A DNA stretch of 64,000 bases, from positions 544,001-608,000 of the forward strand of contig CAWDVR010000003.1 of NCBI GenBank assembly GCA_963805975.1, in the 5' to 3' direction. This document shows, one piece after another, positions 26,810 through 35,215 of this stretch. This stretch comes from an uncultured Acidobacteriota bacterium. GTDB lineage: Bacteria; Acidobacteriota; Thermoanaerobaculia; Multivoradales; SZUA-115. Numbering within the stretch: position 1 is the first letter of the stretch; each line of letters opens with the position of its first letter. Below the pieces are notes generated by a model, which was not told where the DNA came from, ran no database searches, and saw nothing but the letters and a program-made list of their open reading frames with translations. The position numbers and the translations under genes were made by a program.

Positions 26810-29800
26810 TCAGGGCCAGACGACGCGGCCGGTGTCCAGCATGAAGTCGAGCTCCAGCGACAAGGGCAGGCGCACCGGCACCACCACTTCGTCCCCTTGT
26901 CGCCGGCCCACGAGACCGAGCCGGCTGGCGATGGGGAAGCCGGGATGGTCGCGCACCACGAGCTCGTAGTCGTGGCCCAGCATCCCCCCGGCGAGCCCAC
27001 CCGTCTGCCGCACCTCGGCCTCGACGATCGCCTGGTAGCAGGCCCGGGTGGGGTCCGCCACGTCGCGGAACTGTTTCAAGAAGACCATGGGAACCACCCC
27101 CGCGGCCAGGTCGCCGGCCGACCCCGCGAGCTCGGCCAAGCCGGCGCCCAGCACGTCGGCGAAGAGCGCGACCAGGAGCTCCGCCGGCCCCCGCGCGTCA
27201 CCCACGGCGCGCGGCGCCTTGGCGGTCGGCCGGGCCTCGACGAGGCGCCTCGTCACCCAGCTTCCGGCCCCCGAGCCGGCCCCGGGCTCGGCGACCATGC
27301 CGTCCACCGAGAAGACGCCGCCATCGCCTTCAGGCATCCCGAGCGTGCCCTCGGCCTTGGGGTAGCCGTAGATCTCCCGCCCGGCCCGGCAGGCGAGCTC
27401 GGTGTCCACCCACAGGTAGGGCGCGAGGGTGACGATGCGCGCGGCGCCGTCGGGCGGCGTGGCGAGGAGCGGGATCAGGAAGCCGAAGTCCAGCTCGCGG
27501 ATGGCGGCCCGCGGCGCGGACGATTCCATCAGGGCGTTGTCCTGGCAGTAGAAGAAGGCGAGCGGCGCCGCCGGCCGGTAGCGTACCGGGCCGCCCAGGT
27601 GGAGGAGACGATGGCAGAGGGCCGCGAGGCTTCCGAGACGCGCCTCGACCGGGAACACGAACATCCGCGTGCGGCGGGCGATGAACGGCGGCACCGGGGT
27701 GTCGTTGCCGTCGAGCGGCACGTAGGCCGGGAGCTTGGACGCGGCCGGGCCGCTCAGGTCCGGCAGGCCGCTCACCCAATCGCCGGGGATGTGCTTGGGC
27801 TCGCCGGAGATGGTGCGCGCGGCGAGCAGGCCGGACATGGTGGCCGCCTCCACGCAGCCGGCGTTGATCGGGTTGAGCGTCCAGTCGCCGGCCAGCACCA
27901 GGTTGCCGTAGCCGGAGCCGCCGGCCGGCAGGCGCGAGGAGACCGTGCCGGGCAGCGAGAGGTTGTAGCGGTCCGAGAGGTTGGTGGGCACCGCGACGTG
28001 CTGGGCCTCGAACCGCGCGGCGCCGGTGCGCTCCTCGCGGTCGACGAGCAGCGACCAGTCGAAGCCCGTGCCGGAAGGCCGGCCCGCGGCCCGCGGCCAG
28101 AGCCAGCCGGCGTGACGCTCCAGCCAGCCGCGCGCGTTGGCGGCGGCGCGGGCGTGCTGCCGCCGGGCGTAGCCGTGGTCGCCGGGCGGTGGGATGGGCT
28201 CTTCGTCCGCCATCGGCGAGCAGAGGTAGGCGATGCCGCCGACCTCGCCCTGGCGCCAGCTCTCGCGCGGGACCAAGTGCGCCATGTCCGTCCAGGTGTC
28301 GTACGGCTCCTCGTAGGGAATGGTGATCGAGTTCCCGTGCCTCCAGCCCAGGCCCTCGAGGCTCGGCTTGTGCCAGAGCTGCATGGCCTGCGTCTGTGTG
28401 GTGCGGAGAGCCGCCAGCATCTGGCGGAAGCGCGGGTTGGTGGGATCGTCGGCGAGCTCGCCGCAGAGCCCGGGCAGCGCGCCGAGCGAGATGCCGAGCA
28501 CCACCAGGTCGAAGTCCCGGCCGTCCTCGAGCACGCGGGGAGGGAGCGCGTCCGGCCACGCCGTCCAGGCGTCCTCCAGGCTCTCGCCGCTGGCCCGCAG
28601 GCGCTCGCCGTCCACGAGCTGCTCGTAGAGCGGCTCGCTCGGCCAGCAGGGCAGGCCGTTGACATCGAAGAGCGGCTCGTAGGCTCCCCGTGCCACGGCC
28701 ATCTGCCGGCCGACGACCACGCGGGCGATGCGGCGGTGCCCCGGGTCGAGCTCCAGGCGGTCCACGCGGTGGAAGAACTCGAAGCGCACGCCGCGCCGGC
28801 GGAGCACCTGGTAGAGCGGCGCGAACACCACGTCGCCCATGCCGGCCTGCATCTTGTAGAGCACCGCGCCGCGGTAGGCGAAGAGCATGCGTAGCGTGTA
28901 GTGCAGCATGGTGCCGGCGCCGACCTCGTGCTCCACCGAGAAGATGCCGGCATACATGCCCTGGATCAGCGCGCAGTCAGCGGTCTCCGGCGCCGCGCCG
29001 TGCTTGGCGAGCCACTTCTTGAGGTCGATCGAGTCCATCTTCCGCCAGTCCTCCGGCAGGTAGACGACCTCGTCCTCGACCAGGCCGATGATGGTGGCGA
29101 TGGCAAAGTCGAGGAGCACCAGCGCGCGGCGGAGGGAGGGGACCTCGCGCAGCCGTTGGCCCAGCCAGCGCGCGCTCTCCCGCACCACGCGCGCCCGGCG
29201 CACGAGCTGGGCGAGGGCCAGGCGGTCGGCGCGCCGGCTCGGGTCCGGGTCGCCGAGAACGGCGTCCGCGGAGCGCATCAGGGCGTCGATCACCTCGCGC
29301 ACCGCGTTGAAGGCGGAGCGGCTGTTGCGCTGCCAGAGGCGGTCGATGAGCGGCGGCAGCACCACTTTGTCGAGCACCGCGTCGAGGGGCCTGCCGAGCG
29401 GCCCGCCGAGGTCGGGCGTCCAGGCCCCGAGGCGCGCCTTGAGGTCGGTGGGGGTGTCGGCCACCACCTGCTCGTACCACTCCGTCATGTGGCGCAGGAG
29501 GAGCTTGACGTAGCCCCAGGGCGTGGGGATGGGCCCGCCCTCGCCCAGGCGATGCTCGTTGGCCGGGAAGTCCCACGGCCACACGGACCACTGGCCGTTC
29601 AGTTTCTCGGTGAAGGTGATGCGCGGGTAGGGCTTGAAGGCGTCGGTGACCCGCGCGAGCGGCGCTCCTGCCGGCCGCCCCAGCTCCTCGTAGCACTCTT
29701 TCATGATGCGGAAGGCGTTGTCGTAGAAGCCGAAGAACACGTGGATGCCGTGCTCTTCGATGCGGTTGGCGAGCTCGCGGTTGCGGCCGCTCGCCCCCTT

Positions 29801-29941
29801 GCCGCCGAGCCGGAAGCCCATCTGGTAGACGGTGATCTCGTAGCGGCTCTGCCAGTCCGGGCGGCTGGTGAGGGAGTAGGCCGTGGCGAGCGAGGAGATC
29901 CCCCCGCCCAGGATGACGATGCGCTGCTTGCGTTCTTCCAT
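26810..29941 (-). CDS. FAD/NAD(P)-binding desaturase-like oxidoreductase (COG3349 type) fused to an acetoacetate decarboxylase-like domain
   Basis: ILGGGISSL, RLGGKGASGR, EHGIHVFFGFYDN, LAGDWT, GCVEAATMSG; C-terminal GREIYGYPK, VFLKQFRD. Confidence 0.85.
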   Translation of the reverse strand: MEERKQRIVILGGGISSLATAYSLTSRPDWQSRYEITVYQMGFRLGGKGASGRNRELANRIEEHGIHVFFGFYDNAFRIMKECYEELGRPAGAPLARVTDAFKPYPRITFTEKLNGQWSVWPWDFPANEHRLGEGGPIPTPWGYVKLLLRHMTEWYEQVVADTPTDLKARLGAWTPDLGGPLGRPLDAVLDKVVLPPLIDRLWQRNSRSAFNAVREVIDALMRSADAVLGDPDPSRRADRLALAQLVRRARVVRESARWLGQRLREVPSLRRALVLLDFAIATIIGLVEDEVVYLPEDWRKMDSIDLKKWLAKHGAAPETADCALIQGMYAGIFSVEHEVGAGTMLHYTLRMLFAYRGAVLYKMQAGMGDVVFAPLYQVLRRRGVRFEFFHRVDRLELDPGHRRIARVVVGRQMAVARGAYEPLFDVNGLPCWPSEPLYEQLVDGERLRASGESLEDAWTAWPDALPPRVLEDGRDFDLVVLGISLGALPGLCGELADDPTNPRFRQMLAALRTTQTQAMQLWHKPSLEGLGWRHGNSITIPYEEPYDTWTDMAHLVPRESWRQGEVGGIAYLCSPMADEEPIPPPGDHGYARRQHARAAANARGWLERHAGWLWPRAAGRPSGTGFDWSLLVDREERTGAARFEAQHVAVPTNLSDRYNLSLPGTVSSRLPAGGSGYGNLVLAGDWTLNPINAGCVEAATMSGLLAARTISGEPKHIPGDWVSGLPDLSGPAASKLPAYVPLDGNDTPVPPFIARRTRMFVFPVEARLGSLAALCHRLLHLGGPVRYRPAAPLAFFYCQDNALMESSAPRAAIRELDFGFLIPLLATPPDGAARIVTLAPYLWVDTELACRAGREIYGYPKAEGTLGMPEGDGGVFSVDGMVAEPGAGSGAGSWVTRRLVEARPTAKAPRAVGDARGPAELLVALFADVLGAGLAELAGSAGDLAAGVVPMVFLKQFRDVADPTRACYQAIVEAEVRQTGGLAGGMLGHDYELVVRDHPGFPIASRLGLVGRRQGDEVVVPVRLPLSLELDFMLDTGRVVWP

Positions 29942-29951
29942 GACGCGGGAA

Positions 29952-29973
29952 TCCTCCGGCGGCGGATTCTATG
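29952..29973 (-). repeat. 22-bp direct repeat, copy 2 (-10 box + leader + SD)
   Basis: Identical to 26765-26786; minus strand reads caTAGAATccgccgccGGAGGa. Confidence 0.85.
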
Positions 29974-29976
29974 GCG

Positions 29977-30093
29977 CCCCTCACCCCTTCCCTCTCCCCG
30001 CCGAGGCGGGGCGAGGGCGCCACCGCCCTCCCGCGGCACCGCAGCCCTCCGATCCCCTCGCCCCGCTTGCGGGGAGAGGGCTAGGGTGAGGGG
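29977..30093. repeat. Inverted doublet of REP-like palindromic elements
   Basis: cccctcaccccttccctctccccgccgaggcggggcgaggg (29977-30017) and the reverse complement of cccctcaccctagccctctccccgcaagcggggcgagggg (30054-30093). Confidence 0.8.
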
Positions 30094-30133
30094 CTGTACT
30101 ACTATCCACCCCCTTCTTTGGAGAGGAGTGCCC

Positions 30134-31036
30134 ATGGGGTTGCTGTCCGGTTCGGTGAGTGTCACGCGGTTCCAGGTCGCGCGGTCGGCGGGGCCCGATT
30201 TCGAGGCCGCGGCGTTTCGCGAGATCGCGCCCGGCTCCGAGGTCCGGGAGTCAATGGGCTTCGTGCCCTTCGAGCCCGAGGGGCCCTACGAGATCGGCGC
30301 CGGCCTCTACGCCTTCCGGGTGCGCATCGACAAGCTGCGGCCGGACCCCACCGCCGTCCAGGAGCGGCTGAAGCAGCTCGTCAAGACCGAGCTCGAGACC
30401 ACCGGCGCCGCCTTCGCCGGCCCCAAGAAACGCCGCGAGCTGCGCTTTCTGGCGGAGGCGGAGCTCCTCTCCCGCACCTCCCCGCGCTCGAAGATCGTCG
30501 AGTGCGCGCTCGACGGCACCGTGGTCTACGTCGGCTCCACGGCCCGCGGCGTGCTCGGCACGGTGCGCCTGCTCCTCTCCCGCGCCGGCGTCGATACCGC
30601 GCCCAAGACGCCGTGGCACGACCGCGGCCTGCCGGAGCTGCTCTCCGAGATCGTCGAGGTCCAGGACCAGGCCGAGTCGGTCTACGGCTGCCGGTTCCTG
30701 AAGGCGCTGGTCGGCGACCCGGACTTCCTGGTCGAGCCGGAGGAAGGCCGCGTGCGCCTGGCGACGCGCGAGGCCAGGATCTCGCTCACCGGCGAGGTGC
30801 TCGCCGACCTCCACCGCTACCTCGAGCGCGACGCCGAGGTGGTGGCCGCGAAGCTCCTCTCCGGCGACACCCGCTTCACCCTCGACGCCCCCGGCTTCCG
30901 CATCTCCGGCCTGAGCCTCGCCCCCTCCCGCACCGGCCATTGGACCAACGACCTGCTGCAGAGGATCGAGCAGATCTCAGACCTCTTCGAGCGGCTGGAG
31001 AAGAAGTTCGTGGAGCTGGGGGTGGCGGAGGGCTGA
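30134..31036 (+). CDS. RdgC-like recombination-associated protein
   Basis: MGLLSGSVSVTRFQV, ESMGFV, FRVRIDK; RBS GAGGAG before ATG 30134. Confidence 0.6.
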   Translation: MGLLSGSVSVTRFQVARSAGPDFEAAAFREIAPGSEVRESMGFVPFEPEGPYEIGAGLYAFRVRIDKLRPDPTAVQERLKQLVKTELETTGAAFAGPKKRRELRFLAEAELLSRTSPRSKIVECALDGTVVYVGSTARGVLGTVRLLLSRAGVDTAPKTPWHDRGLPELLSEIVEVQDQAESVYGCRFLKALVGDPDFLVEPEEGRVRLATREARISLTGEVLADLHRYLERDAEVVAAKLLSGDTRFTLDAPGFRISGLSLAPSRTGHWTNDLLQRIEQISDLFERLEKKFVELGVAEG

Positions 31037-31088
31037 CGGCGGGCCCGCAGCGGCGCTTGATGTAACCTACTCGCCGAGGACGAGCGCC

Positions 31089-31325
31089 ATGGGCGATTGG
31101 AAACAGCATCTCGAGGTCGACACTGCCGTCTGTGGCGGCAGTCTGCGGGCCAAGGGCACTCGGGTTCTGGTCACCAACATCCTGGACAGCTTTGCCGAGG
31201 GCGCCAGTCGTGAGCAGATCCTGGCGAGCTATCCGACCCTCCGTCCCGAGCACCTGGACGCGGCCCTCGCCTATGCCGCCGAGCTCGCCCACGAGGAGGC
31301 GCTCCTGCCCCTCCTCGCCTCATGA
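31089..31325 (+). CDS. DUF433 family antitoxin-like protein
   Basis: VCGG...KGTRVLV..ILD...G.SREQILASYPTL...AALAYA. Confidence 0.92.
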   Translation: MGDWKQHLEVDTAVCGGSLRAKGTRVLVTNILDSFAEGASREQILASYPTLRPEHLDAALAYAAELAHEEALLPLLAS

Positions 31326-31672
31326 GATTCAAGCTCGACGAGAACCTGCCGATCGAGATCGTCGAGGATCTCCGCGAGGCCGAGCACGACATCGACTCGG
31401 TGTACGACGAAGGTCTCGCGGGCGCGCCCGACGAGATGGTTGTCGCCCATGCGCTCTTGGAGAGCCGAATCCTGCTGACGATGGACAAGGGCATCGGCGA
31501 TCTGCGGGGTCTTGCTGGCTCGGGCTCGCCGGGAATCGTGCTCTTTCGGCCCCGCGCGACAGGCCGCAGCAGCGCTCTTGCCTTCGTGCGCCGTCACCTG
31601 CCGGCGGTCCTGCGCTCAGACATCGAAGGCCGCTTGGTGATCGTCAGCGAATCCAGCCTGAGAATTCGCTAA
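31322..31672 (+). CDS. DUF5615 family PIN-like toxin
   Basis: MRFKLDENLP, GLAGAPD, RILLTMDKG, PGIVLFR; ATGA overlap with DUF433. Confidence 0.9.
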   Translation: MRFKLDENLPIEIVEDLREAEHDIDSVYDEGLAGAPDEMVVAHALLESRILLTMDKGIGDLRGLAGSGSPGIVLFRPRATGRSSALAFVRRHLPAVLRSDIEGRLVIVSESSLRIR

Positions 31673-31684
31673 CCCCTAAGAGAA

Positions 31685-31713
31685 ACGCCCCCTCCCGCGA
31701 GGAGAGGGGGCGT
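31685..31713 (-). terminator. Intrinsic terminator downstream of the metalloprotease
   Basis: acgccccctc...gagggggcgt stem, T-run on the minus strand. Confidence 0.65.
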
Positions 31714-31733
31714 GATGCGAGGCCGTTACTGCC

Positions 31734-34700
31734 TTACGGCACGCAGGCGGTGACGTTGACGTTATCGAGGAACCAGCCGTCGCCGGTCACCGAACAGTCG
31801 GTCATCGAGGTGAAGCCGATGCGGACCGCCTTGCCGGCGCAGCCGCCGACGTTGCCGGCGATCGCGTTGCAGGCCGCGTCGAGGTCGACCGTGGTGGTCG
31901 AGAACGCCGCCGCCGTGCCGGTGAAGATCGAGGCGCCCGCCGCGCCTGCCGGCGCGCAGGACGCCAGCAGCGTGCCGCCGTAGGTGGTGCCGCTGATGAT
32001 CGCCGACGCCGGGACGAAGGTGTAGTTCGTGCCGTCGGTGGAGATGGTCAGCGTGCCGCCGTCGTAGTTGGTCTCGAAGTTACGGCGGTGGCCGAAGGAG
32101 AGCCGCGCCGTAGTCGAACCGGCCGGGATGCTGATGCCGCCGGCGCCGTTCGGCTGCGCGTAGGTGAAGTTGTTGTTGCCGTAGTCGCTGGTGCAGGTGG
32201 TGCCACCGTAGCGGAAAACCTTGGTGCCGGTCTGCGCGGTGCAGGTCTGGATGCCGCGCCAGGAGGTGGTGCTGCCGCCGGAGAGGAACGTGCCCTTGGT
32301 CCAGTTCGACATCCCGCTGCCGGTTTCGAAGCCGTTGGTGTAGAGCGTCTGCGTGGTGCAGGTCGGACCGGTCAGAGTGGTGGCCGAGGCCTGGTTCGAG
32401 TTGCCCGACTCGCAGGTGGCGCTGTTCGCCGCGCGCACCACGTAGTAGTAGGTCGTCGAGGACGCGAGGCCGGTGTTGTTGAAGGTCGTCGTGACCGAGG
32501 TGCCGATCGACGAGTACGGCCCACCGGAGGTGTTCGAGCGGAAGACGTGGTACTCGGTGGCACCGCCGACGGCGGTCCACGAGAGGTTGATCTGGCTCGA
32601 GCTGACGGCGGTCGCCGTCAGGCCGGTGGGTGCCGACGGCGGCACGCAGGGAGCCGGCGACGGGGTGACCGACACGCAGGCCGAGGGCGCGGAGGCGCAG
32701 GCCTCGTTGCCGGAGGGCTGGGCGACCACCTGGTAGTAGTAGGTGAAGCCGTTGGCCACCGCGTTGTCGGGCTGCGAAGTGCCCGGGAGGTCGTTGAACA
32801 CCTTGGTGAAGCCGGCGTTGCAGCCGGTCTCGTTACGGTACAGGTCGTACACCGAGGCACCGCTCGCGGTCCAGCTCGCGGACACCGAGTTGCTGGCGCC
32901 GGTGAGCGACAGCGTCGGCACCGCCGGCGGCGAGCAGGCGGCGAAGGTGACGTTGGCGCCGGTGTCCGTCGCGCAGGCCATGCCGTGGCGGTTGGTGGCG
33001 GCGAAAATAGCGCCCGCGTGCGGCGTGCCGTCGCTCAGGTTGCCGTTGTCGTCGTCCACCGCCCGCATGACGCGGAACGTCGAACCGGAAACGCAGCCAT
33101 CCGAGGTCCAGGTGGCCGGGGTGGTGTTGCACTGGAAGGCCGAGGTGGCCGTCGAGCGCGACAGGTACCAGAGGCGGTCGGCGGTGGTCCATGCCGAGCC
33201 CGTTCCCGGGCTGGGCAGGTCGCGGTTGGCGAGGTCCCAGAGGGCTTCGGAGGAGACGTAGGACTCGCAGTGGCCCTCGCGCTTCTTGGTGGAGGTGCCC
33301 TTGGCGATGGCGTCGCGGCCGCAGGCGCCGACGTAGTTGGGATTGAAGACGGAGGGCTGCGGGCACTTGGTCTGGGTGAAGTTGGCCACCGTCGAGGGCG
33401 TGTTCAGAGTGTGCTTGGCGAAGTCGATGTCGCGCACGCCGGTGCAGGAGGTGCAGGGGTTGCCGTAGCCGCCGCAGTTCGAGCCCAGGAAGCCGGCGCC
33501 GACGCACGAAGTGTGGGTGGCGAGGGCGGCGGTGAAGTCGCCGTAGGTCTCGCCGGTGCCGTTCTCCGGCGGCGAGCCGTTGCCGTCGTTGGAGTCCAGG
33601 CCGTGGCCGTACTCGTGGAGCGACACGCCGGCCAGCTCGCCGGTGTTGCCGCAGCCGCCGCCGGAGCGGAAGAAGTTGATCGTCGAGCCGTTCCAGTAGG
33701 CGTTGCAGGTCTGGTTCAGGTTGACGTTGACAGTGAGCTTGGCGTTCAGCCACGAGTTCGCAGGCAGCCAGCCGCGGCCCACTTCCTTGGCCCGATTGAC
33801 GTGGTAGTACTGCATGCGGGAGGAGTGGGTGTTGCCGGCGCCGCCGGTGCCGGGCGTGGTGCAGTCGGTGCCCGCCGAGGTGCCCATGGCGATCAGGCCC
33901 GAGGCGTCCGCGGCCTTGGAGATCGAGCCGCAGTTGTCCGAGATGCCCACGTACTGACCGGAGAGCGTGGTGGTGCCGGAGGTGCCGCTGAAGACGCCGC
34001 CCGAGTTGGCGAAGACGCCGGCGGCCACGTTGGCGAACGGCATCGGCCGCACCACCTCGGCGCCGGTGGTCGGCGAGTTCAGATAGACGCCGCCGGTCAC
34101 CTGGCCATAGTCATTGATGTCCAGGAACTCGGTCACCAGGCCGGTGGTGGCATCGACGCGCGCGCGCCAGGTGCCGGTCACGCCCGGGCGGTTGAAGACG
34201 AGCTGCCAGACGGCCACCAGGCCGCGGCCCTTGCCGGGCTCGAAGAGCTCGGCGGAGGCGTTGTTGATCGTGGCCGGCAGCAGGTGCAGCGAGCCGGGGT
34301 CGCTGAAGCGGTCACGCCCCTGGTTGCCGCCACCCAGGAAGATGGCGAGGGCCTGGCGCGCCTGCTCCTGCGAGTAGTTGATCGACGGTACCGCTGCATC
34401 CACCGGCGGCAGGTTCTCGCTGCCGAACTGGATCATGTTGCCGTGGTTGACGCGGAAGAAGACGCGCGCGCCCTCGACCGGCATGCCACGCCGCGTGACG
34501 TCGTAGTCGACGAACCAGAGATAGTCCGAAGGATGCTCGGAGCGCCCCTTGTTCAGCACCAGGGAGGCAAGGTCCAGGCCCATCATCGGCGCGACGCGCG
34601 CCAGGAAGCCGCGGGCGATGCGGTCGAGCGTCGCAAGGTTGATCTCGCCGCCCGGCGCGAGATGGGCGGCGACGTCGGCCGTGCGCAGCGAGTTGCCGCG

Positions 34701-35018
34701 GCCGGGCACCCAGGGGATGCCGGCGCCTTCGGCGTAATGGACGTAGCCGGTCCGCTTGTCGACATAGCCTTGCCAGCCGCCGGGATCGGCGGCCAGGAAG
34801 CTCGCCCAGCCCGCGCGCACCGGGTCGGCCAGGGAAGTCTCGAGGTTCGATACCAGCTCGACTTGTTCGTGCGTCACCAGTCTCTCGTCGATCATGGATC
34901 GAGTGCTCAGGTCGTCGGCAACGTCTCTGAGAACCTGTGCCGTCACGGCACTGCCGAGAGTGAACGTGATCAACACGGCCCAACCGACCGACCAAGGCAT
35001 GAGGCGTCTAAAGGTCAT
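31734..35018 (-). CDS. Large secreted zinc metalloprotease (M36/M4-like) with propeptide, FN3 domains and a C-terminal beta domain
   Basis: Signal peptide, PepSY-like ARVDATTG, CNAYW, HEYGH, GETYGD, FN3 (APTGLTATAVSSSQINLSW...YYYVVRA), GWFLDNV; Cys-rich. Confidence 0.88.
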   Translation of the reverse strand: MTFRRLMPWSVGWAVLITFTLGSAVTAQVLRDVADDLSTRSMIDERLVTHEQVELVSNLETSLADPVRAGWASFLAADPGGWQGYVDKRTGYVHYAEGAGIPWVPGRGNSLRTADVAAHLAPGGEINLATLDRIARGFLARVAPMMGLDLASLVLNKGRSEHPSDYLWFVDYDVTRRGMPVEGARVFFRVNHGNMIQFGSENLPPVDAAVPSINYSQEQARQALAIFLGGGNQGRDRFSDPGSLHLLPATINNASAELFEPGKGRGLVAVWQLVFNRPGVTGTWRARVDATTGLVTEFLDINDYGQVTGGVYLNSPTTGAEVVRPMPFANVAAGVFANSGGVFSGTSGTTTLSGQYVGISDNCGSISKAADASGLIAMGTSAGTDCTTPGTGGAGNTHSSRMQYYHVNRAKEVGRGWLPANSWLNAKLTVNVNLNQTCNAYWNGSTINFFRSGGGCGNTGELAGVSLHEYGHGLDSNDGNGSPPENGTGETYGDFTAALATHTSCVGAGFLGSNCGGYGNPCTSCTGVRDIDFAKHTLNTPSTVANFTQTKCPQPSVFNPNYVGACGRDAIAKGTSTKKREGHCESYVSSEALWDLANRDLPSPGTGSAWTTADRLWYLSRSTATSAFQCNTTPATWTSDGCVSGSTFRVMRAVDDDNGNLSDGTPHAGAIFAATNRHGMACATDTGANVTFAACSPPAVPTLSLTGASNSVSASWTASGASVYDLYRNETGCNAGFTKVFNDLPGTSQPDNAVANGFTYYYQVVAQPSGNEACASAPSACVSVTPSPAPCVPPSAPTGLTATAVSSSQINLSWTAVGGATEYHVFRSNTSGGPYSSIGTSVTTTFNNTGLASSTTYYYVVRAANSATCESGNSNQASATTLTGPTCTTQTLYTNGFETGSGMSNWTKGTFLSGGSTTSWRGIQTCTAQTGTKVFRYGGTTCTSDYGNNNFTYAQPNGAGGISIPAGSTTARLSFGHRRNFETNYDGGTLTISTDGTNYTFVPASAIISGTTYGGTLLASCAPAGAAGASIFTGTAAAFSTTTVDLDAACNAIAGNVGGCAGKAVRIGFTSMTDCSVTGDGWFLDNVNVTACVP

Positions 35019-35215
35019 CTATTTCCCCTCCTTCGTGGGGGCCGTCTCGGCATGAGACGGAAAAGTGGCGGAGACGAATTCCGAATCGATCCTGATACGC
35101 GGATCGCAGTACCATCTCTTCGCTGGACCGATCGACACTGGCCCGGATTCGGTTGGAGCACCGAGAGCTATAGTGCAGGTCGTGACTAGGAAGTAGACGC
35201 TCCCGAGGGGGAAGA

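Noticed and set aside
28901-30133. N-terminal extension of the RdgC-like ORF
   Set aside because: Antisense to the desaturase gene and runs through the REP element; the real start is ATG 30134 after GAGGAG
32088-35189. Long antisense ORFs (also 7811..10210, 26471..28894, 47166..49613, 60143..62293)
   Set aside because: Stop-poor shadow frames of GC-rich genes, with no recognisable motifs
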